A stretch of DNA of 63,817 nucleotides, filler included, from Reticulomyxa filosa (Eukaryota > Protista > Foraminifera), in NCBI GenBank assembly GCA_000512085.1. It is 20 parts of 20 records of this genome, joined end to end, with 100 filler letters (N's around TTAATTAATTAA, not from the genome) between each part and the next. Parts side by side here need not be neighbours in the genome. Positions count along the whole stretch, not along the records: positions 38,065 to 43,930 come from ASPP01014369.1; positions 44,031 to 50,027 come from ASPP01003037.1; positions 50,128 to 60,694 come from ASPP01021522.1; 17 more parts are not named here. One strand, 5' to 3'. Position 1 is the stretch's first letter. Every line of letters begins with the position of its first letter. A model generated the notes under the pieces. The model did not search any database and was not told where the DNA came from. It saw only the letters and a list, made by a program, of their open reading frames with translations. Below are positions 38,065 through 51,434 of the stretch, piece by piece. Made by a program: the position numbers and the translations under genes.

Positions 38065-41000
38065 TACAATGAAATGGTCCATATTCACACTGTATTGGTT
38101 AAAACACATCACAAAAGCTGAAAATATAAAAAAGTAGCATTTACCGTCAAATAAAGATGCGTTTGGGTGATACTTGTCATTTTGAATGCCTTTTTTCTTT
38201 GTTCTGGTTGATAATATGCATTTTCTGTTTGAATTCGAATAATGGCAGGACTGCATGCCATTAGAGAATTTTTCTACAGAATATACATTTACTTGAATGT
38301 TCCATCTATTCTTTGTCTATTGCATTAATATTTATCACAGCTATGATCAATTTCCCTTTCTTCGATTGTATGCATAATATTGACTAACTTTGAACTTACA
38401 TAACAATCCACTTTGTAATAGATCAAAAAAATATCAAGTCGAATAACAATACAATTGCGCTGCATTGATTGTGTTCATATTGTTCTGTTATGTTTGATGA
38501 TACATTATGATAATGCCCACACTTGAACAATATTTTTTATTGCATTAATTGGAGATTACCGAAGAAAGACGAACATATTCGCTCCAGCAAGTACTTCGAC
38601 TGATTATTTTTTTCCTTTTGATTGCGAATTTGAGCGTATGGAACTTGGTCATACTTGTTCAAACTTTCATCAGTCTGTCTATTTTTGAAACAAATAAAAC
38701 TAAATTCCTTGGATAAATGCGATGCAGTCTGAAAATGGTCCCATATGTATTGCTATATGCTCTCAATGAAGTGGTAAATGTAATATTGCTATAATTTGCA
38801 TTAACAATGGTTTGTAAGCGTAACTTGTTGTTAACATTTGCATCTTTATCTGACAAACGGAGCTCCATAACAATAGTGTTAAACAGTGCGACTGTTTTCA
38901 CTGGTGGTCAATTGATTTTTTTTTTTTAGACGATATTGATTCCAGGAAAATCTTTTATATTGAACGCATTGTTTGAAAGTGCCCTAAAAGCATAATGTTG
39001 GCATTTGAAATTCTGTCCAATGAAACTGTACGTATATCCATAGAAGCACATTTGAACAACGATATTTGTGTATTCCTCTATGCTATGTGTCGGCGACCAA
39101 GTTCGAGCAATGAAACAGCAGCTGAGTTGAATGCGCATAATAAAAACGGTGACACTGTTTGCCGCGTTGTGGCTATTGAACCTTTTGCATTGCTCACACT
39201 TGACAGTGTCACAATTCAATATCAATTGCTTTGGTAATAATTGATTCCATTGTTATTGTTGTTATTCTTTATTGATATTGAGCCTTTTGCACTTTGCACA
39301 TTGCGACAATATTATAAACGACTGCCTTCGCGTATTGATGCTGATATGCCACTTAACTGTCGTTCAAAGAATACTTCAGTTTCTATATTGTTATACCTAT
39401 GTTTTCATGTCAATTTTTTAACAAACAAAAAAAAAATTTACTTAACTAATATTGACATCCCGCACAGGATCACCAATTACTTAATATTAAAATAAAAAAA
39501 TATATAAACTATTTCAAATTTAATTTTCTTTCCTTTCTTATTTTTTTTTCTTTTTCCTTTTTTTTTTCTTATTTATCATTCCTTTTTTTATTACTACATT
39601 TTTTTTTCTTTTAACATTATTTCTTTTTATTATTCCATTTCTTTTTTTTCTCACCCATTTTCTCCACTACCACCCCCACCCATCATATTTTCAATTTTCT
39701 ACTCCCTCCCCCTTATTCTATTTTCCAACTTATTTTCAAGATACTATACCTGCCATGTCTTTATTGCGCCGGACCTATATTCATAAACAAAGTTACATTT
39801 TATAATTTTTAAAGAAAGATTAAAAAAATATTTTTTAACTATTCATCTACATTTCTATTGCTCTTTTTCCTGTAAAAACACTCACAATCTTTTTTTTGTG
39901 GTATGTGGACAAAAAATATGTTTTTTTTTGTATGTGGACAAACAAATTGTTTTTCTTTGCGGGGGAATCCTATTGAATCACAAACAACAACATTCAACAA
40001 AAAAGAATATATGTATATATAAATATCACAAACCATTATTCCTCATTGAGGATACGGGGTAGATTGCGACCCCTTATTCTTTTTTTTCTTTTGTGTGAAT
40101 GTGAATGTACATAGAATTGTAACGATAATTGCAGACGGGTGAACCTATGTTATATATCACATAACACACAATACTTAGACATATTTTAAAAAAGATATAT
40201 AGAACAAGCCTTTGTTCCTCCTTTCGGAGACAGAGTGGTTTCTACCCCTTATTCTTTTTTCTCTTCATCTAACCATTTGCACAATCGATACCCCATACTT
40301 GCTCAATCTATGTAAGTAACAACCAAAAATATATACTTATGTTATTATATAGCAGCAAAAAAAAATAAAAAATAACTTGACAAGACCACATTGGCCACTT
40401 TTTGATGTGAATATTGCTATGCTTGCTTAAGATATCGACAAAGCTTCACATACATTATTTGCGTGGTTGTCATTAGAGTATGGGTATTATCAGTTTGTGG
40501 ACAATGCTAGCCTTGTAGTCAATTGCGTGCGTAATAGCATAAGTGCTATTGGATAGACCATGCCTTGGTAAAATTAGATCTGCTGCATAAAAGGGATGGT
40601 TATCATCACTGACTTACAATTCAATTGTTCGTCAATTTGTTATTACCTATATCCTCCTTTGCGCCAGCAGCTCTTCTACCCTAAAGGCAGGTGCTGATCC
40701 ATGATGGCTGCTTATTTCCATTAAAATTTGCACTAGCAATTGCAGCTGTCGGTCAATTTGTCAAAGTCATACTTGCTGTCATTTTTATCCATTTTGTACA
40801 TGTCGTCCATATTCTATTTTTTGCCCCACATTGTACGACCTATCAAATTTTTTTTTTTTTTACTACTTTTTTTTTTTAAAACAACAACAAAAAAAAAGAA
40901 CATTGAAGTATTGAAATACAGAATTGCAGCTGTATATATTATTGATAACCAAATTCGGCGTTCGCGCCAGTGTCCTGGAGCAATTGATCACAAACAATCT

Positions 41001-41640
41001 ATCGCCTGTCCAATCCATTTACACATTCCATTCGACAGTAATGTACTTGTCATCACATTATAACCGCAATTGTAAATACACTATGTTTTTGTTTGTTAAA
41101 AAAATCCATTTCAAATCTATCATATATACAATCTATCCTCCCACTTGCTATTTCTTGATATACGTATACCTCCCTTTTTTTTTTCATTAGATCTTTATGT
41201 CAATGTTATATACCTTTGCGATGCTGATTTATGTGTTAACGGGCATGGCTTTGATGATATTCTCAAACTATGTGTGGAAATATTCATTGTTGGCAGTTTT
41301 ATATACACATTCTCATTGGACTGTATTTGATCGATGATTGATATTTTTCTGATAACACGTATACTTTTGTGCATCCATTATTAAAAATTTGCACTAACAG
41401 CATTCTTACACTGTTATGACTCAGTGCATATTGCACACGTGCCACATTTGACTGAGATAGTGGTTGGTCAACATATTTCATGATATAATTGATATATATA
41501 CAGTTTTGATTATTTAAATATTTTTGGCCGTTTTCGTTTGTGCTGTCTCTGGCCACGTCATTTGCACTTGCAACTACATGAAACGTGCTTAATACGTGCA
41601 GTGCCGCCAATATAATTGTATAAACTAACGATGGCTTCAT
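38065..41640 (-). pseudogene. Decayed large secreted/surface protein gene
   Basis: Signal-peptide start (MKPSLVYTIILAALHVLSTFHVVASA), then about 3.5 kb of broken Cys/Asn-rich coding-like fragments with internal repeats and intron-like T/A tracts. Confidence 0.4.
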
Positions 41641-44600
41641 ATTGTTGCAAAACGGCCGCGTTCTCCACTCAAGCTTTTCTTCTCCGTTTGCCCCTTTCTT
41701 ACGGGTACTCTGAAATGGAAAGACGTCAAACGATTAAAAAATTTTTAGAAAATGCTTTCAGAATCGAGAGTATTACTTAATTTTTTTTGAAAAAGCTGAG
41801 TTTTTGTGAATATACTTGCGCAAATTTAAAATAATGAGTTAGCGAAGTTTGTAATAGTACTCCATCCTTTTTCCAAAGCTAAAAGGAAAAATCAAAAACA
41901 AAATTGGACTAATTGTTTGACTAGATACTGTTGTTAGTAAATTGCCCCATCGGCTTAGCCTCTTAATTTTTGTAAGCTGCAAACTACAAAAAGCAAGAGG
42001 CAGTTAAGATTAATGAGAAAACTTATAATAATTCTTAAAATCTGTTCTATGGCTCCAAAAAAAAAATCAAACAACAAAAAGATAGCAAATCTCACAATCT
42101 TGATTTGGCCAATGTTTTTTTGGTTTCCAAGATTAGTTAGCTATCGATCTTGCTTTTTGCGTTAAGATCTTTCTTTGCTCTATTTTTTTTAAGTACGTAC
42201 ACGAACAGAAACAACAGTTATAACTAGTTCCAAATTTTATGACTTTGTGCTTTTTATGTGGATAAAGGAACATGATCAGCCACTGACCATCTCTTTTCTT
42301 TAGCAAGCTAAGAAATTTCAAATAGAATTTTTAAACCGAATGATATTTTTTTCAAAACTAGAGGTTTTTTTTTATAAAAATTACGTGTTTATTAATACAT
42401 TATTAAAAAGTGCAAGTTTTTATAATTAAAAATAATTCAACTTTTTTTTTACATTTTTGCACGATAGCTCGTATTCTTGTCCTTTTTGTGGTTGAATGAT
42501 TTTTTTTTTCAGGTTTTGAAAAAAGGGGAGAATGGCAATAGCAAAACCATTGACTCAGAATTTTTTATGGGCCAAGATAAAAAGAACATCTTTATGAAGA
42601 TAGGTTTAGCAGATGTGGTTAACAAAGTTTGAAAGTACAACTAACGCAAGAAGGCCTAAGTTTCAGTGCCACTTCACGAGGCAAACAGTACGGATTCACT
42701 GGAAATCGGAATTTGATTTCTAATTCAAGATAGCTCAGTATTTGATCAAAAGGGTTGTGTCTTTCTTAGCCAAAAGAAAAGTTCGAATGCATGGTGATCC
42801 AGTTGATTGGCCAAAGAATCATAACGTTTTTTTTTTGTTGGTATCTGCACATATACATTCACAATTCAATATTGCGTCTTTCCGCTCAAAAAAAAAAAAA
42901 AGACCTTATACAAAATTGATTGGGAAAAGTTCATCGATGAATATGACAGCCACAAAAAGAGATTAGATATGAAAAACGACAATTGGAAAAACACGAGACC
43001 AAGACCAACACCAACACCAAAAGAATGGGACAAGCTGAGCGAATTTGTGTTTTTCCAAATGAAAAGAAAGATAAAGAAAAATAAAAAGGAAAATAAAAAA
43101 GAAGAGTGCATTTGTCGATGATACGATCCCACCCAAAAAAAAAAAATTATTACTTTGCCACGTACACAAAGTATCAGATAATTTTGTATTTTTTTTTTCT
43201 CGTTGGAGGAAAAACAACAGATAACGCACATTCGATAAATCTTGATGTGCAAAAAAAAAAAAAAGATCCTTTTTCTTGACCGTGGTGAACATGGATAAGA
43301 AAATAAAGCAATAACCACTCTCGGTCATGTGCTCTCAAAAAATCTGTAAACAAAATTAAAATAATTTATTTTATTTTTTTTCAAGACAACAACATCAAAA
43401 TTATCTGAAATAAAAATTGATTATCGAACATAAGATCGATGCAATTACTTGAGATAAAGAAAAAATTTGTTTGAAGTAAATGTTGCAGATATTACATTGG
43501 TACGAAAGAATTGAAGAAAAAAATTTGTCCCAAAAAAATCACAATTAACATAAAATACGTAAGTAAGTGGAAGTAATAACCATTTGCTATTTTTTACTTA
43601 TCCTGTTGCAATGTTGATGTATTTCAAGTAAATAGCAGATCTCAAATTAAATAAAAGGTAATTCTTTTCAGTTAGAAACACAGCCTTGATAAATAAAACT
43701 ATACTTGGATTCAAAAGGAGCTGTTCCTTTCTCTCAAAGGCACAACAAATCACAGTATTTTGTTATTATTTAAAAATTAAGTGGATACACCGATACCACT
43801 CTAGCTTACAAAAAAATAACTGCGATATTTCTTAAATATTTTTTTCTTCTACAATCAGTTGTTTGAAAGATGTAATATTAACTTGATATCGATCAAGTGA
43901 AAACAATCAATCCAAAGTAATAAATTATACNNNNNNNNNNNNNNNNNNNNNNNNNNNNNNNNNNNNNNNNNNNNTTAATTAATTAANNNNNNNNNNNNNN
44001 NNNNNNNNNNNNNNNNNNNNNNNNNNNNNNTGTATAAAAATGTATCGTATTTGCATATTTGATCGAATTTTCCAATGCAATGATAACTTATCTGGTTTGT
44101 ATTTTGTATATGAACTGAAGTGCTCTATTGTTAACGATGTGTTCATGATCTTGGAAAATGATGTTAGTATGTTTGCCCTGAGATGGAAGAACAGACTTAG
44201 TTCAGAGATTACACACTACTCTCGTGTTTCAACCAGACTCATCGTATCGCGACAGATGAGATTCAGTTCTAAAATCACAACACAACCCTTTCATACGGAT
44301 TGCAAAGAGGGAACAAATAATGCAAATAGAGGACACAATTATAGAGACATATGCATAATATACCATGACTTATCAAAAGATTCTCTTTCGCTATCATTGC
44401 ATAGTCCTGCTGACGCATCTCAGTAATACTGACATAACCATTGTCCTGGATCTGTGTCCCATACTGGAGATTTTATTACATTAATGTTACAATTTGAGTC
44501 AGGCACACGCAATTTCAATGCTTGCTCGTTTCTCCACTATCACATCATCACTCTTTGTACTGTTCTTCATAATCAATTACTAAGTATTCCATATAATGAC

Positions 44601-45679
44601 TAAACCAATGCCAAATCTCTTGCATACTTTTTATTTCTTGTTTCAATCCATTATTTTTATTACTATTAACTATGATCTTGTTCAAGACATAATGCAATGC
44701 CAATACTGCGCCATTGATTGGAAAATAAAGGATCAGTTAGACCTTGATTTGTTTCAGTAAGATTTGCAATTTGATAGAAAAAAATGGAAAATTCGTACAA
44801 TTCAGTTTAAACTGTGATTCCATTCCTTCCACATTTGCCATACATTTTTATTTATGTTTATCTCATTTTTTATTTTTAAACACTTCTCCACTTCATATTT
44901 CATCTCTGATAATGCTTCTCTCGCCAGGTCTTTCATATGTTTTACTAAACACAGGACATTCGCACTTTCTTCAAAGTGTAACACTGTCAACATTAATGTA
45001 ATAGCCAAGAAAACTAAAAACAAATCACAGCACATACATAAGCAAAGTGTTAGAAGCACTGTCATTGCTCGAAGGAAGAAAAGGAGAAGGAAAGAGCTTA
45101 TCATAATAGTGACCTTTACTTACGACTTTTTATTTTCAAACAGAAACTTTATTTACTCTGTTCTTTTTTTTTATTAATCAACTAATTACTTTGGAAAAAA
45201 ATTTATGCATGTGTTGCAATATGTTTAACGCAAAACTGAGAATGATTATGAACAATATTCGAATATTTAACAACACAATCTATTCAAATTAAATAAATAT
45301 GTCCAACGATCATTCAACTCATGATGAATTTTTTTTCAAGAAAGTATCATCCATTACCTCAGTCAGAAAGGTTTATCTTGTCAAGCAATTGCCAAATTAC
45401 AAAAATACAGTAAACAAAGCGCAACTGATTTCAAATATGATCTCGAACCAACGCGCAAAAATTCACGCTTTTGTACGACATCACATCACCATACTTTTGA
45501 TTCTAGAATAAGTCACGATCTAGACAATGACAAATTCAAATCTCTAACTGGTAATTGTTTAAAAGAATCAGCCCAAACACAAAACCAACACAACCAATCC
45601 AAAAGGTAAATACTATATTCATTATTTAATACTTCTAATGGATGTCGCATAAAAACTTATCAAAATAAACAAACGAATG

Positions 45680-46570
45680 ATAGAAACATTCTTTCACAAT
45701 TCTTCACTTCTACAGCAAAAAATGAACGTTTGTTGTCCACTTACAAAAAAGCAAAGACGGAGCAGAAAAAGAGCAGTGACAAAAAAGAAAGTAAAACGCT
45801 GGCCAAACAGCCAAACTATTTTTCAAATGTAAAAACGTCACACAGATGTCGTAGTTCAGCCGTTTACAAAGCAAAAAAAGTCTCGCCTTTTTTTCGAATA
45901 AACACTAAAAAAGGTACTTTGGATGATCCTGAATGGGATCAAACAGAATTTCAAAAGTATGTCGGGACTTTTCAAAAAAAGTATTATTATGAACAACTGC
46001 TAGCTTGAATCCTACCCAAACAAACTTTTGTGCTTGTGTTTTGAGACAAAGGAAACAAGAGCAACTCGAAAAAAAAAAAGATTTAGTAAAAAACTACTCT
46101 GGCGAACAGCCCAAGGGATCACTACTCCATCGTAAATGCTTGATTCCAAAGAATGTCAGAATGTTTCAACCAAATGTGATCCTCCAAAATTTTGACGATC
46201 TTAGCAGTGGAGAAGAAACAGATACGATTTCCTCTTGTAGTGAAGAGTCACATTGCAAACTTTGCTGGAATAACTTATCTTTTGAAAATTCTCGACCCTC
46301 TTTCTCGGACCACCAAACACAAACACAACCACCAGACAATTCAAACAACACTCAACGTCTAGTGACTCCAGTAAAAGTACTTTTGAGTCGCGCTCCGGAA
46401 TTTGTCCATATCGATCACTCCAAATTAATGGTCAATTCCACTGATGATAACGATCAGAGAGTCGAAGTGCAACATGGCATAAATAACAGCACTTTACCGC
46501 CAAGTGAAAAAATTCAAAGACTTTGGGATGGCTCCGCGTTACAAATCACCATCGTCGATATTTCACCAGG
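45680..46570 (+). CDS. Hypothetical protein (multi-exon, boundaries uncertain)
   Basis: Coding-like ORFs 45730-46008 and 46005-46634, probably joined by an intron from about 45957 (GTATGT). Confidence 0.45.
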
Positions 46571-47540
46571 GTTAGTGCATACTTTTTTTCAACTTCGTTT
46601 TTTTTTTCCCTTTACTTTTTTGTTGTTGAAATAGAAAAATACAAGCAACACGGCAAGAAATGACAAAAAAGGCTGAGCAGTTACTACAAACTGATTGATT
46701 TGATAATTAAAAAGTTATGCATGCAATTGTGAATTTAAAAAAAATGTTTCAGTGTCAACATAAGATCAATGTTTTAAAAATTTTTCGTTACGTAATGTCT
46801 TACTTTTTACTTGAATTAAATCTCAAATATTCAGTTATTTATTTCTTGTCAATCTTTATTCATTTATACACACCTACTGTTTTTATCTTTTTTTGTTTAT
46901 GTAGAAAATTTTAATATAACTTAAAACAAAAGTTTAACCAATTCAACAAACCTTGTGTGGATACAAACAAAATATGCAAGCACTGGCAATATTTTTTGTT
47001 GGAATTTTAAAACAACTTAATAAATTGAATATGTTAGAAAATGAAGGAATTTAATTGTGACGATATGTACTTAATCTAAATAATGTAAAGCATTCAAATG
47101 AGCCACTAAATGTTTGCATTTTTTAGAGGTCCATTTGTTCGAAAACGCTGAGCGGTCTGTTTATTTGAAATGAAATTAAATTGAAAGTAATTTGGATATT
47201 ATATTTTCAAATATCATTAAAAGATAAATGATGACTACAAGGTTTTGTGTCTTGTCAAGTTAAACTCCTTTAGAAAAAAATAGTTTTTAAATTCTTCCAA
47301 GTAAGAATGTTGGCATCAGGTAAACTTGCTCTTTTCTTTTGATACACTGAATTTTACTTTCTTTGACTTGAATACTAACAATAAAGCCATTGCCAATAAC
47401 GTTTTGTCGGTCTCTGACTTGCGGTTAACCGAAGACAACGTTAAAAATTTGAAGCTGTTAATTTTCGCATTTAATGTAAACTCTGAAAAAAATGAAAAGA
47501 ACAATACTTGTAATTTATACAAACAAAAATTTGTGGAGGA

Positions 47541-48691
47541 ATGAGCAAAGAAGACCATAAAACATATATACCTCGTCCGGTACAATGTATAGAGATATAT
47601 CTATTTGTACTCTTTGATAATACATGAAAACATAAAAATAGTCTGAAGAGGAGATCGTAATTGTACTTGAAAATTGGGTTCGTTGTTCTTATATTGAATT
47701 TGGATGGATTGATGAATTTAATAAAATTATTGGACGCTATGTTTTGTATAAAAAAAAGGAGTACATGATATGTTATATATACATCTATATATGTATAATG
47801 TGTATAATAGGGAAAATATTTGAAACAAATAAGAGCTTTTGAAACACTTTCAATTGGTGTTATAACAATAAATTTTTCTCCTGACGGAACTAAAACAGTT
47901 TCTTGTTTATGGGACGAAACAATTCGAATACATGATGTAGAGTCTGGAAAAGAAATCCAAAGATTAATAGGACATTCAAATTTGGTAAATGATGCACAAT
48001 TTTCACCAGATAGCAAAACGGTTGCATCATGTTCAAACGATAAAACAATTCGATTTTGGAGTGTAAAATCAGGGATGAAATACAAAAATTTCAAGTGCAA
48101 TCATATGTAACGAGAATACAATTTTCTAATAATGGATCAGCTATTTTATCTAGTTCTGATGATCATACAGTTCGATTATGGGATATAAATACTCGCAGAC
48201 ATATTAAAACATTTCAAGGACATTCAAATATGGTTACTGATGCACAATTTTCATCAGATAATCAATTGATTGTTTCTGCTTCTTATGATAAAACTATTAT
48301 TACATGGGATGCACGATCAGGAGAAAAAATTAAAACATTAAAAGGTCATACTGAAGAAGTTGTTAGAGCAAGATTTTCTCCCAATGGTCTTTTCATTATT
48401 TCTTGTTCAAGTGATGGAACTATTAGAATCTGGGATGGCATTACTGGAAATCAACTAAAAGTATTACAAGGACATACCAATTGGGTAAGAGATGTTAGAA
48501 TTTCACCGGATGGACAAACTATTATTTCATGTTCTGATGATAAAACTATTCGTTTATGGGATATACATTCTGGCTCACAACTACAAAGATTAGTTGGACA
48601 TTTTGATTGGGTAAGAGGTGTTGATTTTTCTCCTGATGGTAAAACTTTTGTTTCTGGTTCGAATGATAAGACAATAAGATTATGGGGATGA
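47541..48691 (+). CDS. WD40-repeat protein (second family), 3 exons, one -1 frameshift at about 48074
   Basis: join(47541..47579,47642..47740,47811..48691), 7 WD repeats. The frame changes at TCAGGGATGAAATA; one extra base restores SG(D/N)EIQKF. Sequencing error or young pseudogene. Confidence 0.85.
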
Positions 48692-50127
48692 CGACAATTG
48701 ATGAACGAACAAACCAAAAAATTGCTTTATTTGAAGACAGAACATTCAGTAACTGTAAATACATTTTTTGCTTTTTTTTGAGATTTTGCAAAAAATATCT
48801 GATGAGATCTATGTTACTATTTGCACGATGTGGAAACAAATTTCTCCACTGAAAGTTTTTTCATCAAGAGGAACCAATTATCGTTCCTTCTTTGTTAACT
48901 TTGTCTTTATACTTTGGCCGTCCTCGTAAAAGTCGTAAACTATAATTTTTTGTTATGTTTAGCGCCAAGATACTCAGTACAACAAAGTAGTCAGTTGGCA
49001 CAGACAGGCTCCTTTTTTTTTTTGACCTATCAATAAAAATCATTTGCTTGCATTTTCGATTCAGCAAAAAAGAAACATGAATAACTGTAGATTGTCACCT
49101 CGCTTGCTGAGATACTTATTTGATGGATATATCATGGCTATATCGGTGGCAGACGTAGTTGACAGACTCTTAATAGTGATGAAGCAATACTACGATGAAA
49201 ACGAGAAAGTATTTTCTTGGGTGGATGTGGCACAATTTTGCATTTATAATGCGATATAAGAGCTTTGATTCTTCTTGCAGGGAGATATTTACTGATATTT
49301 ATATTTTTGTTGCCGCTATCACCATTGCTTTGGTTTGCATTTGTATTGGAAGTCGTTGCCAAACAATAAGTTGTCAATACTGCTTAAGCGGATAGGACTG
49401 GATCCGCAATAGTGAAGAAGGATTAGATCCAAGGGAATGGATGGAGGAGTGAATTCATAACAATTTTGGGTTCATATTGGAAGCATTTCCCCCAAAGTCT
49501 GATTTAAATGTGCGCACTTGCATATACGTCACGCGCGCGCCCCAATTGGGTGACTTTGTCCTCGATTGTCTTATCATTGATAAATTTTGCAACCAAGTCG
49601 ATTGTGTTTTGTCAATCGATCTCATTTTGGGTGTTCATTTTCAATTGGATGTGACTTTGTCAGTATTTTTGTGGTAATGAGCTGGGTGTTTTTTTTTGGT
49701 TTTTTTTTTTGCCGTTGTTGTTGTTGTTGTTGTTGTTGTCATCCGAGATGCTCCATTATCTGTACGTGTTGCTGGAATATTCGTCGGTCATTAATATTGA
49801 CGAATAAAAGAAATCAAGCAAGATTAGAGGCACAAGAATACGTACCAATTGCATACCTATTCCATAATGGTGGATGAGACGAATGAAGTAGCAATAATGA
49901 ATTGGATTTTCAGTAGCCAATCTGAAATATCACAAAAATTACAATCAACAAGGATAAAACAAAAATAATCAAGTTTTTTGACCAACAATTTTTTGCCTTA
50001 AAAAAAAAAAAAAAAAAAAAAAAACGTNNNNNNNNNNNNNNNNNNNNNNNNNNNNNNNNNNNNNNNNNNNNTTAATTAATTAANNNNNNNNNNNNNNNNN
50101 NNNNNNNNNNNNNNNNNNNNNNNNNNN

Positions 50128-50167
<40 letters not shown>

Positions 50168-50203
50168 TATTTGTTACAATAAATTATATACTTGATTGTG
50201 ATA

Positions 50204-51388
50204 ATGAAAAACATTGACATGCACATCAAAACAAACGAAGTGACGGTAGAGAACCAGCAGTCATTGCGAATGCCAGACCATTTGAGGTTGAGAACTCCAA
50301 CACAAACTCTCTCGAAAGTATCAGAAATGAAGTCTCATCCAAGCAGGTCCTATGCGTCGTCATTGTCGTATGAACAACACCATCGAACCAATGTCAATGC
50401 AAATGCAAATGCAAATGTAAATGTAAATGTCAATATACCTTGCAAAATACATTCCAACACAGCAGCAGCAACAGCAGCAACAGCAATGGCATTGAGTTCG
50501 AACCTCAAGCAACAACCACCATCATCACTGTTGCCATTGACACAAGATATGGATACCAATGCCAATGTGTCGAAACTGCAAGGCTACGACGAGATCACCA
50601 CGAGTCCAATTGCAATTGGCAAAAGTGGCGCGAAAAAGAGACTCGTGGGTGCAAGTGGCGCGACCAACAAGCCGTGGACACAATGGACCGGCACCGAAAA
50701 AAAGGACGCCATTTATTCCGCTTGGGTTACCGTCCGACAAGTTGTGTCCGCGGATACGTTCCAATTGGCTCTGCTCAAGTCCCCAAAGCAACTCTTCGGT
50801 CCCTCCAAAATCCTCACTTTCACTTTGGAAGGCATTCGCACACCTCGTCTGGCTCGCAATGACAAAACCAAGGAACAAGTTGCGCTCTTTTTTTTTTTTT
50901 TTACCTGTCACAAATATTGTATAGCTATATACCTTTGTTTCAATTCAAAAAAAAAAAAAATATATATATATATATATGTATATATAATATCCAATAGCCT
51001 TATGCCTTTGAAGCGCGCGAATTTGTGAGAAGATTCGTGTGCACAGGGACACCCGTGATGTGTGTCGCCTGGAATGCGGTGAATGAGAAAACGGTGTCCC
51101 GTTATTACGGTGATATGTATCTGCCCGTCGAGTCCAAGCATCTTGGCGACGCCAAAACCAACAAAGAGTCACTCACATATTTGCTTGTTGCCAATGGCTT
51201 TGCAGAGTTGAATTTCAGAGAAAAAACTCAATTGTCGGCGGTCGAATATGACAGGCTTTCCAAAGCTTTGGAAAAAGCCAAAAAAATGAAGCTTGGCAAA
51301 TTTGCCGATGGCGGCGATCGTGTGTTTGGACGATCCACACAACAAGACGGAGATGATGACGACAACGAAGAAGAAGAAGAAGAAGAAG

Positions 51389-51434
<46 letters not shown>

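Noticed and set aside
42724-42800. tRNA-like A box (TAGCTCAG) and B box (GTTCGAAT)
   Set aside because: The acceptor and T stems do not pair, so no cloverleaf can be built.
42060-43130. Possible DNA transposase remnants (FGTSYNC.F.S; NFLWAKIKEHLY)
   Set aside because: The motifs are too short, lie on different strands and lack a catalytic triad; not supportable without a profile search.
49077-49400. Fragment faintly resembling ORC3 (CRLSPRLLRYLFD...MKQYY)
   Set aside because: It is a single short, weak similarity interrupted by stops.
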